The notes under the pieces: generated by a model
The model's input: the letters and a program-made list of their open reading frames with translations, nothing else
Database searches by the model: none
What the model was told of the DNA's origin: nothing
Assembly (NCBI GenBank): GCA_963789955.1
Contig: CAWBMV010000006.1
Location: 416,001 to 480,000 of the forward strand
Source: an uncultured Candidatus Rokubacteria bacterium
GTDB taxonomy: Bacteria; Methylomirabilota; Methylomirabilia; Rokubacteriales; CSP1-6
Reading direction: 5' to 3'
DNA: 64,000 bases
Part shown: positions 29,795 to 43,303 of the stretch, in pieces
Layout of the letters: every line of letters starts with the position of its first letter
Numbering within the stretch: position 1 is the stretch's first letter
Position numbers and translations under genes: made by a program

Positions 29795-31006
29795 GTGCTT
29801 ACCGTCGAGGACGCGCGCGAAGGGATTCTTTCACGCGTAGTGCCGCTATCAATCGAGCGCGTCGAGATCATGGCGGCGCTCGGGCGTGTGCTGGCCGAGC
29901 CCATCGTCTCGCGGGCGACGATTCCGCCGTGGCCGAATTCGTCGATGGACGGGTACGCCGTCCGGTCCACGGACACGAACGGAACCGTCGAGCTCGCCGT
30001 CGTCGGCCGGATCATCGCCGGCACCATGCCGTCCCGAGCGCTCGGGGCGGGCGAGTCGATGCGGATCTTCACCGGCGCGCCGCTTCCAGAGGGCGCCGAC
30101 GCGGTCGTGCCTCAGGAGGACGTCGCCGCCGACGGCGACCGGGTCACGGTCCGCGGACGCATCGCCCCCGGCGCCTACGTGCGCCCCGCGGGGGAGGACG
30201 TTCGGACCGGTGACGTGGTGGTCGAGCCCGGCGGCGTCATCGGCGCGGCGGAAGTGGGCCTTCTCGCGACGCTCGGGTACTCGCAGGTTCGTGTCTACCG
30301 CCGTCCGCGTGTCGCGATCCTTTCAACCGGCAACGAGCTCGCGGACCTCGGGACACAGCCGGGCCCGGCCCAGATTCCAAACACCAACACGTACTCGCTC
30401 ATGGCGCAGGTGATCGAAGCGGGAGCCGAGCCCGTCAACCTGGGCGTCGCGCCCGACCAGCTCGAGGCGATCATCGAGCGGGTGCGGTGGGGACTCAGGT
30501 CCGCCGACGTGCTCGTGACGTCCGCGGGCGTGTCGGTCGGAGAGCTCGATCTGGTCCGCGAGGCGCTCGAGCGGAGCGGCGCCGAGCTCCATCTGTGGCA
30601 GGTGTCGATGCGCCCGGGTAAGCCGATCACGTTCGGCACCCGCGGCACCCAGCCGGTCTTCGGGCTGCCCGGCAATCCCGTGTCCGCGATGGTGACGTTC
30701 GAGCTCTTCGTTCGCCCCGCCTTGCGACGGATGGCAGGCGCGCACGTGCTCGACCGTCCACGGCTTCGGGCACGCGCGATCGAGCCGATCGCGAACCCGG
30801 GATCGCGGCGCGGCTATCTCCGCGTCACCCTCAGGGAGGATGCGCAGGGCTACGGCGCGCAGCTCACCGGCGACCAGGGCTCGGCGATCCTGCGCTCCAT
30901 GGTGCTCGCCGACGGGCTCGCCGTCGTCGCTCCCGACACCACGATCGGCGCCGGCGAGGCGGTCGACGTCATCGTGCTGCGCTCACTCGAGCCGAGAACG
31001 CGCTGA
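29795..31006 (+). CDS. moeA: Molybdopterin molybdotransferase
   Basis: SSMDGYAVR, RIFTGAPLPEGADAVV, STGNEL, GLPGNPVS. Confidence 0.95.
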   Translation: MLTVEDAREGILSRVVPLSIERVEIMAALGRVLAEPIVSRATIPPWPNSSMDGYAVRSTDTNGTVELAVVGRIIAGTMPSRALGAGESMRIFTGAPLPEGADAVVPQEDVAADGDRVTVRGRIAPGAYVRPAGEDVRTGDVVVEPGGVIGAAEVGLLATLGYSQVRVYRRPRVAILSTGNELADLGTQPGPAQIPNTNTYSLMAQVIEAGAEPVNLGVAPDQLEAIIERVRWGLRSADVLVTSAGVSVGELDLVREALERSGAELHLWQVSMRPGKPITFGTRGTQPVFGLPGNPVSAMVTFELFVRPALRRMAGAHVLDRPRLRARAIEPIANPGSRRGYLRVTLREDAQGYGAQLTGDQGSAILRSMVLADGLAVVAPDTTIGAGEAVDVIVLRSLEPRTR

Positions 31007-31010
31007 GGCG

Positions 31011-31040
31011 TTGACAGCGTTTTCTTTCGCGTGCTACGGT
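31011..31040 (+). promoter_or_regulatory. Promoter TTGACA-N18-TACGGT
   Basis: Consensus -35; TG-extended -10; ATG 8 nt downstream. Confidence 0.5.
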
Positions 31041-31048
31041 CGACACGG

Positions 31049-32112
31049 ATGAGCCGAGGCCTCTGCGTGTTGGCCGCGCTGGCGATTCTCGCTGGCGGCT
31101 GCGCGAGTCGGCGTGCGGTGGACCGACTCGAATCCGAAGTTGGGCGGCTCCGCTCGGAGCTCGCCGAGATGCGCGTCGCTCAAGAAGCCACCAGCCGCGG
31201 CGTCGCCACGATCACCTCCCAGCTTCAGTCGCTCGACATCCCGGCACTCGGAGACGAGGTCGGGCGGCTCAGCCGACGCGCCGATGCCAACGAGATGGCG
31301 ATCGCGGCCACGCGGACGCAAGTCGAAGCCCTCACGCCCCCGACAGGCAGTATCGGGCGCGCCGACTCCGACGCCGGCGCCCGCTCCAGCACCAGCCGGA
31401 ACGACGCGGGTCCCTGCGCCGTTGCCGCCAAGCTCCGCCGTGACGTCGCCGGTGCCACGCGCCGTTGCCGCCCGCTCCGACGGTGACGACCCCGGTCCCG
31501 GCGCCCGCGCCGTCCGGTCGAGCGTCGATCTCGCCACCGCCGGCTCCCGCGCCGCCGCCGGCCGCGACGATGTTGCCGTCGCCGACGCTATCCCCGACGT
31601 CGGCGCCGCCGCCGGCGGTCATACCGTCCAGCGCGGCCGTCGAGAAACCTCGCGTGACGCCGCCGCCGGCTCCGGTGGTGCCACCGGCGGCGACGACCGT
31701 CACGCCGGCGAAACCCGCTCAGAAGGCCGGCGGCAATCCGGAGCAGGAGTATGCCGCCGCGCTCGCCACGTATCGAGCGCGCGAGCACGGGCAAGCGGTG
31801 ATCGACTTCCTCGACTTCATCGCGAAGTATCCGAAGCATCCGCTGGCCGGCAACGCGCAGTACTGGATCGGCGAAGCGTACTGGGCGCAGCGAGACTACC
31901 GGCAGGCGCTCGTCGAGTTCGAGAAGGTGTTCGAGCACGGCCCACAGAAGGCGCCCGACGCGCAGCTCAAGATCGGTCTCTGCTATCTCCGCCTGGGCGA
32001 CGTGCCGCGCGCGCAGCAGGCCTGGCAGCGCGTGGTCAACGAGTATCCGAAGTCCGAGTCGGCCGCGATGGCCCGGTCGCTGATCGCCACGCACTCCGCC
32101 GCGCGGCGGTAG
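31049..32112 (+). CDS. cpoB: Tol-Pal protein CpoB/YbgF-like lipoprotein with Pro/Ala-rich linker (frameshifted)
   Basis: Lipobox LAGGC, coiled coil, TPR YPKHPLAGNAQYWIGEAY...KAPDAQLKIG. Confidence 0.8.
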
Positions 32113-32192
32113 CGCGTCGCGCCGTATCCGTTCGGGCTCTCTGGCGCGCTCGATCGCTTCGCTATACTGAAAATCCGCGACGCGTGACGACC

Positions 32193-33086
32193 ATGATGGA
32201 GCTTCGTCCCGGAGACCCCCGCTACCCCGCGCTGCTGCGCGCGATTCCCTCGGCGCCCGCCCTCTATGTGCGCGGCGAGCTCCACGCCGACGACGCGCTC
32301 GCCATCGCGATCGTCGGCTCGCGGCGCTGCACACCGTATGGGATCGCCGCGACCGAGCAGCTCGCCTCGGACCTGGCCGCGCGCGGCGTGACGATCGTGA
32401 GCGGCCTGGCGCGCGGGATCGACACCGCCGCGCACCGGAGCGCCCTGGCGGCGGGCGGACGGACCCTGGCCGTGCTCGGCTGCGGCGTCGACGTCGTCTA
32501 CCCGCGGGAGAACGTGCCGCTCGCCCGCGCCATCGAATCCCAGGGCGCGATCCTGTCGCAGTTTCCGCCAGGCATGCCCGCGCTGGCCGGGCACTTTCCC
32601 GCGCGCAACCGCACGCTCGCCGGGCTGGCGCTCGGCGTCGTCGTGGTCGAGGCCGCGGAGCGCAGCGGTGCCCTGATCACGGCGGGATTCGCAGGCGATC
32701 TGGGCCGCGAAACCTTCGCCGTTCCTGGCCGAATCACGTCACCGACGAGCGTCGGCGCCAATCGACTCATACAGGACGGTGCTAAACTCGTTACATGCTG
32801 GCAGGACATCGTGTCAGAATTGCCAGAGCAATGGCGCCGCGCCGTACGCGGGTTGTCGGCGTCGACGGGCGAGGAGCACGCGCCCGAGAACGAGAGTGAC
32901 GAGGGTCGAATGTTGCGGTGTTTGGCTCAGGATGAGCCGCAGCACATCGAGCAGCTGATCGTGCGCTCGGGATTCGTTCCCGCGCGAGCGGCGGCGTTGC
33001 TCGTGACCCTCGAGCTGGGCGGATGGGCCCGGCAGCTTGCGGGACAGCGGTGGGTCTCGCTCGAGACGCGCGCGAGGAGAGCGTAG
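32193..33086 (+). CDS. dprA: DNA-processing protein DprA
   Basis: AIVGSR, IVSGLARGID, FPARNR, VVEAAERSGALITA. Confidence 0.95.
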   Translation: MMELRPGDPRYPALLRAIPSAPALYVRGELHADDALAIAIVGSRRCTPYGIAATEQLASDLAARGVTIVSGLARGIDTAAHRSALAAGGRTLAVLGCGVDVVYPRENVPLARAIESQGAILSQFPPGMPALAGHFPARNRTLAGLALGVVVVEAAERSGALITAGFAGDLGRETFAVPGRITSPTSVGANRLIQDGAKLVTCWQDIVSELPEQWRRAVRGLSASTGEEHAPENESDEGRMLRCLAQDEPQHIEQLIVRSGFVPARAAALLVTLELGGWARQLAGQRWVSLETRARRA

Positions 33087-35339
33087 GTGGCGGCGAAACG
33101 GTCGTTGGTCGTCGTGGAGTCACCGACCAAGGTCAAGACGATCCAGAAATATCTGGACTCGAAGTACATCGTCAAGGCCTCGATGGGCCACGTCCGGGAC
33201 TTGCCGAAGTCACAGCTCGGCGTCGACCCGAAGAAGAACTTCAAGCCGAAGTACGTCGTCTCGCCGGCCAAGAAGAAGATCCTCGACGACCTGAAGAAGG
33301 CCGCCGAGAAGGTCGAAGCGCTGTACGTCGCCACCGACCCCGACCGTGAGGGTGAGGCGATCGGCTGGCACCTCGCGGAAGAGCTCGGCGTCGCCAAGAA
33401 GAACGTCTACCGCATCACGTTCAACGAGATCACCGAGCGCGCGGTCAAGGCCGCCTTCACGCAGCCGGGCAAGATCGATCTGAAAAAGGTCGACGCCCAG
33501 CAGGCGCGCCGCGTGCTCGATCGCCTCGTGGGCTACAGCCTGTCGCCTTTGCTCTGGGAAAAGGTCCAGCGCGGTCTCTCGGCCGGACGTGTGCAGTCGG
33601 TGGCGGTGCGGCTGATCGTCGACCGCGAGCGCGAGATCAAGGCGTTCCTGCCGGTCGAGTACTGGTCGCTCCACGCGCGGCTCAAGGCGGCCCGACCGCC
33701 GGAGTTCGTGGCCACGTTGAAGGAAGTCGCGGGCGAGAAGGCGTCACTCGGCAACGAGGAGACGACGCGCGCCCTGATGGCCTCGCTCGACGGCGCCCGG
33801 TTCGTCGTCAAGTCCGTCACGCGCGGTGAGCGCCGCCGAAACCCGGCGCCCCCGTTCATCACCTCCACGTTGCAGCAGGAGGCGGGCAAGAAGCTCGGCT
33901 TCACGGCGCGCAAGACCATGACGATCGCGCAGCAGCTCTATGAAGGGATCGATCTCGGGGCCGAGGGCGCCGAAGGCCTCATCACTTATATGCGTACCGA
34001 CTCGGTCCGGGTGGCGCGCGAGGCGCAGGCCGCGGCACGCGGCTGGGTGATCGCACGAATCGGGGATGAGTACGTTCCCGAGGCGCCGCCCACGTACCGC
34101 TCGCGCGGGAGCGCCCAGGAGGCGCACGAGGCGATCCGCCCCTCCGAGCTCAGAAACGAGCCTCGGGCCGTCGCGCAGTTCCTCTCCAAGGACCAGATGG
34201 CGCTCTACCGGCTGATCTGGGAGCGCTTCCTGGGCAGCCAGATGATGCCCGCGGTCTACGACACGGTGGGCGCCGACATCGAGGCCGGGCAGTGCCTCTT
34301 CCGGGCGCAGGGCGCCACCCTCAAGTTCAAGGGCTTCACGGCCGTCTACGAGGAGAGTCGGGACGAAGAGGAGCCCCAGCCAGAGCAAGACCCAGAAGGC
34401 CAGGTCCCGCTGCTGGAAGAGGGCGAGGTGCTGACGCTCCTCACCTTGGATCCCAAGCAGCACTTCACGCAGCCGCCGCCGCGCTTCACCGAGGCCTCGC
34501 TGATCAAGGCGCTCGAGGAGCTCGGGATCGGCCGGCCGTCGACCTACGCGTCGATCCTGGGCACGATCATCAACGATCGGGGCTACGTGCACCGCGAGCG
34601 GCGCACGCTCACGCCGACCGAGCTCGGCATGGCCGTGACCGACAAGCTGATCCCGTACTTCCAGGACATCATGAACGTCGAGTTCACGGCGCAGATGGAA
34701 GACAACCTCGACAAGATCGAGGAAGGCGAGCGCAAGTGGGTCGACACGGTTCGGGCATTCTACGAGCCGTTCAAGCGCGACCTCGCGCGCGCCAAGCGCG
34801 AGATGCAGAGCGAAAAGGTGGGCGCGCCCACCGGCGAGACGTGCCCGGAGTGCGGCAGCGAGCTCCTGGAGAAGCGCGGGCGGTTCGGCAAATTCCTGGC
34901 GTGCTCGTCCTATCCGGACTGCCGCTACACGCGCAACCTCGACGGCAGCGGCCGCGCCGAGGACGAGCCGGCGAACGAGAATTGCCCGACGTGCAGCAAG
35001 CCGATGGTCATCAAGCACGGGCGCTTCGGCAAGTTCATCGCGTGCTCCGGCTATCCGGAGTGCAAGACGACCAAGCCGGTCACGCTCGGCATCGCGTGCC
35101 CCGAGACGGGCTGCACCGGCCAGCTGGTCGAGCGCCGCTCGCGCAAGGGCCGCACGTTCTTCGGCTGCTCCGCGTATCCGAATTGCAAGTTCGTGGTCTG
35201 GCGGCGGCCGGTCAACGAGCCGTGCCCGAAGTGCGGGGCCGCGTTCGTCACCGAGCGCGCCCTGAAGAACCGGGTCGTCCGCAGCTGCGCGCGCGAGGGT
35301 TGCGACTTCGAGCGGGAGGTCGAGCTCCCGGTGACATGA
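33087..35339 (+). CDS. topA: DNA topoisomerase I
   Basis: VVESPTK, ATDPDREGEAI, SAGRVQS, ITYMRTDS, C-terminal Zn ribbons. Confidence 0.97.
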   Translation: MAAKRSLVVVESPTKVKTIQKYLDSKYIVKASMGHVRDLPKSQLGVDPKKNFKPKYVVSPAKKKILDDLKKAAEKVEALYVATDPDREGEAIGWHLAEELGVAKKNVYRITFNEITERAVKAAFTQPGKIDLKKVDAQQARRVLDRLVGYSLSPLLWEKVQRGLSAGRVQSVAVRLIVDREREIKAFLPVEYWSLHARLKAARPPEFVATLKEVAGEKASLGNEETTRALMASLDGARFVVKSVTRGERRRNPAPPFITSTLQQEAGKKLGFTARKTMTIAQQLYEGIDLGAEGAEGLITYMRTDSVRVAREAQAAARGWVIARIGDEYVPEAPPTYRSRGSAQEAHEAIRPSELRNEPRAVAQFLSKDQMALYRLIWERFLGSQMMPAVYDTVGADIEAGQCLFRAQGATLKFKGFTAVYEESRDEEEPQPEQDPEGQVPLLEEGEVLTLLTLDPKQHFTQPPPRFTEASLIKALEELGIGRPSTYASILGTIINDRGYVHRERRTLTPTELGMAVTDKLIPYFQDIMNVEFTAQMEDNLDKIEEGERKWVDTVRAFYEPFKRDLARAKREMQSEKVGAPTGETCPECGSELLEKRGRFGKFLACSSYPDCRYTRNLDGSGRAEDEPANENCPTCSKPMVIKHGRFGKFIACSGYPECKTTKPVTLGIACPETGCTGQLVERRSRKGRTFFGCSAYPNCKFVVWRRPVNEPCPKCGAAFVTERALKNRVVRSCAREGCDFEREVELPVT

Positions 35340-36217
35340 AGGATTCGCTAGGCGCATTTCTCCGTCACCTCTCGCTCGAGAAGGACGCCTCGCCGCACAC
35401 GCTCCGAAGCTACCGGACCGATCTCGTCGAGTTCGCGCACTACGCCGGCAGCGGCGATCCGTCGACCTGGCTCGGGGACGTCGACACCCGCACGATCCGT
35501 GGCTACCTCGCGCACCTTCACGCGCGCTCGCTCGACGCGACGACGATCGCGCGGAAGCTGGCCGCCGTGCGGAGCTGGTTCCGGTTCCTGGTCCGGCGCG
35601 GCGTGCTCGAGCGGAACGTGGCGCGCGAGGTGAGGGGCCCGCGGCCGCCGAGGAAGCTGGTCTCGTTCCTGCCCATCGACGAGGCGATGTCCCTGATGGA
35701 CGCCAAGGCGCCCGACGGCGCCGCGCGGGCCCGCGACACCGCGGTGCTCGAGATCCTCTACGCGACCGGCCTGCGCGTCTCCGAGCTCGCCGGGCTCGAC
35801 CTCGACGACATCGATCGCTCGCAGCAAACGGTGCGCGTCCTCGGCAAAGGCCGCAAAGAGCGGATCGTGCCGTACGGCGGCCGGGCGGCGAGCGCGCTGG
35901 CCGCGTACCTGGACGGTCGCGGTGGTGACGCGGGGCCGCTGTTCCCCAACCGTCGCGGCGGGCGGCTGACGGTCCGTTCCCTTCACACGATCGTGCGACG
36001 GAGCGCGGCGCTGACCGGGATCACCCGGCGCGTGAGCCCGCACACCTTGCGCCACACCTTCGCGACCCATCTGCTCGATGCCGGCGCCGATCTGAGAATG
36101 ATCCAGGAGCTCCTCGGCCACAGCCGGCTGTCGACGACGCAGCGCTACACTCACGTGGGCTCCGACCAGCTCATGCGCGTCTACGACGCCGCCCATCCGC
36201 GCGCTCGCGCCAAATGA
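35336..36217 (+). CDS. xerC: Tyrosine recombinase XerC
   Basis: [41 protein letters not shown]; topA-xerC-hslVU context. Confidence 0.92.
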   Translation: MKDSLGAFLRHLSLEKDASPHTLRSYRTDLVEFAHYAGSGDPSTWLGDVDTRTIRGYLAHLHARSLDATTIARKLAAVRSWFRFLVRRGVLERNVAREVRGPRPPRKLVSFLPIDEAMSLMDAKAPDGAARARDTAVLEILYATGLRVSELAGLDLDDIDRSQQTVRVLGKGRKERIVPYGGRAASALAAYLDGRGGDAGPLFPNRRGGRLTVRSLHTIVRRSAALTGITRRVSPHTLRHTFATHLLDAGADLRMIQELLGHSRLSTTQRYTHVGSDQLMRVYDAAHPRARAK

Positions 36218-36870
36218 GCCGAAAAACGAGCTCGAGCGAAGGAACGGGCGTGCGGAGCCACGCCGCGTCTGTGTCAGGCCACCCTCGGCCCAAGCCGGCC
36301 TCACGGACCTCGCTACAACAGTCCTCGCTACAACCATCCCGACAGATTAGATCGACGACCGTGGTCGCGGTGCGACATCGCGGCCAGGTGGCGGTCGCCG
36401 GTGACGGTCAGGTCTCCATCGGCAACACCATCGTCAAGGCCGGCGCCCGCAAGGTGCGAAAGCTCTACGGCGATCGGGTCGTGGCCGGGTTCGCGGGAGC
36501 GGCCGCCGACGCGTTCACGCTCTTCGCGCGATTCGAGGCCAAGCTGGAAGAGCACCGCGGCAACCTGTCGCGCGCCGCGGTCGAGCTCGCCAAGGACTGG
36601 CGCTCCGATCGCGTGCTGCGCCGGCTCGAGGCGCTCCTGGCGGTGGCCGATCGCGAGCACTCGTTCATCGTCTCCGGAACCGGCGACGTCATCGAGCCCG
36701 ACGACGGCCTGATCGGCATCGGCTCGGGCGGCCCGTTCGCGCTGGCCGCCGCGCGCGCGCTGATCGCCAACTCCGACCTCGACGCCAAGACGATCGCGAC
36801 AGAAGCCATGCGCGTCGCCGCGACGATCTGCGTATTCACCAACGACCACGTCACGGTCGAAGTCCTGTGA
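36214..36870 (+). CDS. hslV: ATP-dependent protease subunit HslV with long N-terminal extension
   Basis: [35 protein letters not shown]. Confidence 0.95.
   Translation: MSRKTSSSEGTGVRSHAASVSGHPRPKPASRTSLQQSSLQPSRQIRSTTVVAVRHRGQVAVAGDGQVSIGNTIVKAGARKVRKLYGDRVVAGFAGAAADAFTLFARFEAKLEEHRGNLSRAAVELAKDWRSDRVLRRLEALLAVADREHSFIVSGTGDVIEPDDGLIGIGSGGPFALAAARALIANSDLDAKTIATEAMRVAATICVFTNDHVTVEVL
36245..36317 (+). repeat. Dispersed ~73-bp junction repeat, copy B (inside the hslV 5' extension)
   Basis: cgggcgtgcggagccacgccgcgtctgtgtcaggccaccctcggcccaagccggcctcacggacctcgctaca. Confidence 0.88.
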
Positions 36871-36900
36871 CGCCGAGCCACGCCGCATCGTCGGCAAGAA

Positions 36901-36973
36901 CGGGCGTGCGGAGCCGGGTCGCACCGATCTCAGGCCACCCCCGGTCCAAGCCGGCCTCAAGGACCCCGCTACA
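36901..36973 (+). repeat. Dispersed ~73-bp junction repeat, copy C (hslV-hslU)
   Basis: cgggcgtgcggagccgggtcgcaccgatctcaggccacccccggtccaagccggcctcaaggaccccgctaca. Confidence 0.88.
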
Positions 36974-38329
36974 ATGACCGATTTAACCCTCACCCCCGCG
37001 CAGATCGTCGCCGAGCTCGATCGCTACATCGTCGGCCAGCAGAAAGCGAAGCGCGCGGTCGCCATCGCGCTCCGCAATCGGTGGCGGCGGCAGAACGTCC
37101 CGCCCGAGCTGCGCGACGAGGTGGCGCCCAAGAACATCATCATGATCGGCCCGACCGGCGTCGGGAAGACCGAGGTCGCGCGGCGACTGGCCAAGCTCTC
37201 GCAAGCGCCGTTCTTGAAGGTCGAAGCCTCCAAGTACACCGAGGTCGGCTACGTCGGGCGCGACGTCGAGTCGATGATCCGAGACCTGACCGAGCTGTCG
37301 GTGAACATGGTCAAGGCGGAGATGACGGCCCGCGTGCAGGAGCGGGCGGAGCAGCTTGCGGAAGATCGCCTGCTCGACGTGCTGCTGCCGCGCCGGACCG
37401 AGCCGTACTCGTCGAGCTCGCTCGAGGAGGTCACGCCCGACGCCTCGCGCGAGACGACCAAGGACAAGCTCCGCCAGCAGCTCCGAGCCGGAAAGCTGGA
37501 CGACCGGCTCGTCGAGCTGGAGATGCAGCAGCAATCGCTGCCGATGATCGAGGTCCTGTCCGGCCAGGGCATGGAGGAGATGGGCATCAACCTCAAGGAC
37601 ATGCTCTCGAACATCATGCCGAGCCGGACCAAGCGCCGGAAGGTGCGCGTGGCCGAGGCGCGGCGGCTCCTGACTCAGGAGGAAGCCCAGAAGCTCGTGG
37701 ACATGGACGAGGCGGTGTCCCAGGCCATCCGGCGGGCCGAGAACTCGGGCATCATCTTCCTGGACGAGCTCGACAAGGTCGCCGGGCGGGAAGGGGGCCA
37801 CGGCCCGGACGTCAGTCGGGAGGGGGTCCAGCGCGACCTGCTGCCGATCGTCGAGGGCTCGTCGGTCACGACCAAGTACGGGGTCGTCCGCACGGATCAC
37901 ATCCTGTTCATCGCCGCCGGCGCGTTCCACGTCGCCAAGCCGTCGGACCTGATCCCGGAGCTCCAGGGCCGCTTTCCGATCCGCGTCGAGCTGGACCCCT
38001 TGACGCGGGACGATTTCGTCCGCATTCTTACCGAGCCTCGCAACGCGTTGATCACGCAGTACGTCGAGCTCTTGAAGACGGAACAGGTGACCCTCCGGTT
38101 CGCCCCGGAGGCGGTGGAGGCGATCGCGGAGATCGCGATGCAGGTGAACACGAGCACGGAGAACATCGGCGCCCGGCGCCTCTATACGGTGATGGAAAAG
38201 CTCCTCGAGCAGATCTCGTTCGATGCGCCGGATCTTCCCGGCAAGGAGCTGACCATCGACGCCGCGTACGTGCACGACCGCCTGAGCGACATCACGCGGG
38301 ACCAGGACCTGTCGAGGTTCATTCTGTGA
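36974..38329 (+). CDS. hslU: ATP-dependent protease ATPase HslU
   Basis: [37 protein letters not shown]. Confidence 0.97.
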   Translation: MTDLTLTPAQIVAELDRYIVGQQKAKRAVAIALRNRWRRQNVPPELRDEVAPKNIIMIGPTGVGKTEVARRLAKLSQAPFLKVEASKYTEVGYVGRDVESMIRDLTELSVNMVKAEMTARVQERAEQLAEDRLLDVLLPRRTEPYSSSSLEEVTPDASRETTKDKLRQQLRAGKLDDRLVELEMQQQSLPMIEVLSGQGMEEMGINLKDMLSNIMPSRTKRRKVRVAEARRLLTQEEAQKLVDMDEAVSQAIRRAENSGIIFLDELDKVAGREGGHGPDVSREGVQRDLLPIVEGSSVTTKYGVVRTDHILFIAAGAFHVAKPSDLIPELQGRFPIRVELDPLTRDDFVRILTEPRNALITQYVELLKTEQVTLRFAPEAVEAIAEIAMQVNTSTENIGARRLYTVMEKLLEQISFDAPDLPGKELTIDAAYVHDRLSDITRDQDLSRFIL

Positions 38330-39201
38330 GCACGCCGGTGATAGATCCGCGGCGCGTCGAGATCCTGCTCGAGGCCCTGCCGTATATCCGCGAGTTCCGC
38401 GGAAAGACCATCGTCATCAAGTACGGCGGCGCGGCGATGGAGCGGGCCGACCTCAAGGATCCGTTCGCGCTGGACGTGATCCTCCTGCGCCTGGTCGGGA
38501 TCAATCCCGTCATCGTCCACGGCGGTGGCCCGCAGATCGGGGCCCTGATGAAGCGGCTGGGCAAGGAGCCGCGCTTCGTGGGCGGCATGCGCGTGACCGA
38601 TCAGGAGACGGTGGAGATCGTCGAGATGGTGCTGGTCGGCAAGATCAACAAGGAGATCGTCGGCCGCATCAATCACAACGGGGGCAAGGCGATCGGCCTT
38701 TCGGGCAAGGACGCCGGCCTCCTCCGGGCGCGCCGGCGACCGCATCGGCTGCCGACCGGCGAAGAGGTCGACATCGGGCTCGTCGGCGAGGTCGAGGCCG
38801 TCAACGCCGAGGCCATCCGGCTCCTCACGGACAACGGCATCATCCCGGTCATCGCGCCGGTCGGCGTGGGGAGCGGTGGGGAGACGTACAACATCAACGC
38901 AGATCTCGTCGCCGGCGACATCGCGTCGGCTCTGCGCGCCGAGAAGCTGATTCACCTCACCGACGTCCAGGGGATCCTCGACGTCGACCGCCGGCTGGTC
39001 AGCACCCTGACCCGGAAGGACGCGGAGCGACTTATAAAGGAAGGCGTGATCGACGGCGGCATGCTGCCGAAGGTCGAGTCGTCGCTCCGGGCCCTGGAGG
39101 GCGGTAGCGGTAAGGCCCACATCATCGACGGCAGCCAGGAACACGCGATCCTGCTCGAGCTGTTCACCCGTGAAGGTATCGGAACGGAAATCGTTCTGTG
39201 A
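38326..39201 (+). CDS. argB: Acetylglutamate kinase
   Basis: [35 protein letters not shown]. Confidence 0.96.
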   Translation: MSTPVIDPRRVEILLEALPYIREFRGKTIVIKYGGAAMERADLKDPFALDVILLRLVGINPVIVHGGGPQIGALMKRLGKEPRFVGGMRVTDQETVEIVEMVLVGKINKEIVGRINHNGGKAIGLSGKDAGLLRARRRPHRLPTGEEVDIGLVGEVEAVNAEAIRLLTDNGIIPVIAPVGVGSGGETYNINADLVAGDIASALRAEKLIHLTDVQGILDVDRRLVSTLTRKDAERLIKEGVIDGGMLPKVESSLRALEGGSGKAHIIDGSQEHAILLELFTREGIGTEIVL

Positions 39202-39212
39202 GGTCGACGGCG

Positions 39213-40406
<1,194 letters not shown>

Positions 40407-40408
40407 CG

Positions 40409-41321
40409 ATGCGGCATTTCCTGTCAGCCGCCGACCTGACGCGCGACGTCGCGCTGGGGCTCTTCGACCTCGCCGCCGATCTGAAGCAGCGGCGCAAGGC
40501 GGGTCGGCTCTCGGCGCCGCTGGCCGGCAAGACGGGCGCGCTGATCTTCGAGAAACCCTCGCTCAGGACGCGCGTGACGTTCGAGGTCGGCCTGATCCAG
40601 CTCGGCGGGCGCGCCGTGCACCTGGTCGGCCGCGAGATCGGCCTGGGGACACGCGAATCGGTGCCCGACGTCGCGCGCAACTTGTCGCTGTGGGTCGACG
40701 GCATCATGGCGCGGGTGTATTCGCACTCGACGATCACCGAGCTCGCTCGACACGCGTCGGTCCCGGTGATCAACGGACTCTCGGATCGCGAGCACCCCTG
40801 TCAGGCGCTGGCCGACTTCTTCACCTTGTGGGAGCGCGGCGTCGACTTCGCCACGGTGCGGATCGCGTGGATCGGCGACGGCAACAACGTCTGCCACTCC
40901 GTGATGCTCCTCGGCGCGCTCCTCGGCGCCTCGATCGTCGTCGCGTGCCCTCCCGGGTACGAGCCGGACGCCGGCGTCGTGACCACCGCGCGCCGGCTCG
41001 GCGGCCGGATCGACGTCACCGAAGACGCGCGGGCCGCGGCGACCGGCGCCGACGTGATCTACACGGACGTGTGGACGAGCATGGGGCAGGAGGCCGAGCA
41101 CGAGCAGCGGCTCGAGGCCTTCAGCCGCTATCAGATCAACGACACCCTGGTCGGATTCGCCAAGTCCTCGGCCCTCGTCATGCACTGCCTGCCGGCCCAT
41201 CGCGGCGAAGAGATCACGGACAGCGTGCTCGACAGCAAGCGGTCCATCGTCCTGGATCAGGCCGAGAACCGGCTCCATGCGCAGAAAGCCGTGCTGCTCC
41301 ATCTCCTGGGAGGCTCGCTCG

Positions 41322-41332
<11 letters not shown>
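40409..41332 (+). CDS. argF: Ornithine carbamoyltransferase
   Basis: [34 protein letters not shown]. Confidence 0.95.
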
Positions 41333-42530
<1,198 letters not shown>

Positions 42531-42533
42531 CCC

Positions 42534-43266
42534 GTGCGGATCGACGTTGCGCCGACCGCTGATGCGGTGGTCCCTTCCGATCTCTCCGGTGTCACGGCGC
42601 TGGTGATCGACGTGCTGCGCGCCTCGACGACGATCATCACGGCGCTCGCGAACGGCTGCGACGCGATCGTCCCGGTCGCCGAGCCGCTCGAGGCCCGGCG
42701 CCGAGCGCTGGCGATGCCGAACGGTGGCGCGCTGGCCGCCGGCGAGCGCCAGGGCGAGCCGATCCCCGGCTTCGACTTCAGCAATTCGCCCGTGGAATTC
42801 GAGAGCCCGCGCGTCCGCGGCATGACGGTGTACTTCACGACGAGCAACGGCACGCGCGCGCTCCTGGCCGCGAGGGCCGCGCACGCGATCGGCGTCGCGG
42901 CGCTCGTCAACGTCTCCGCCGCGGCGGCGTGGGCCGCGGACGCCGGGCGCGATGTCGCCGTCGTGTGCGCGGGCTCGCACGGCTCGCGGTCACTCGAGGA
43001 TTGGACGTGCGCCGGGCTCCTGGTCGACCGCCTCCTCGCGGCAGGTTCCGGCCGCCGTGCTCACCGACGCCGCCCGCGACGCGCTCGAGACCGGCCGCCG
43101 CTATGCCGCGGACGTGGGCCGCCTCAAGCAGGACGCGCCGTGGGCGCGCCGACTGATCGCCGCGGGGCGCGCCGACGACGTCGACGCGTGCCTGCGTCTG
43201 GACACGACGAAGCTCGTGCCGCGGTACGTCCCGAACGTTGACAAGATCGTGGGCGACCACCGATAA
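42534..43266 (+). CDS. comB: 2-phosphosulfolactate phosphatase family protein (frameshift near 43045)
   Basis: VIDVLRASTT, GER, NSP, TTSNGT, SLEDW.CAG. Confidence 0.88.
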
Positions 43267-43303
43267 TGACCATGCTGATTCGTTCCGGCGACGGAGCACG
43301 ACC

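Noticed and set aside
31330..31720. Pro/Ala-rich low-complexity stretch as a DNA repeat element
   Set aside because: Explained as the coding linker between the CpoB coiled coil and TPR domain
35336..36217. Tyrosine recombinase as a prophage or island integrase
   Set aside because: Sits in the conserved dprA-topA-xerC-hslVU housekeeping context with no att sites or cargo
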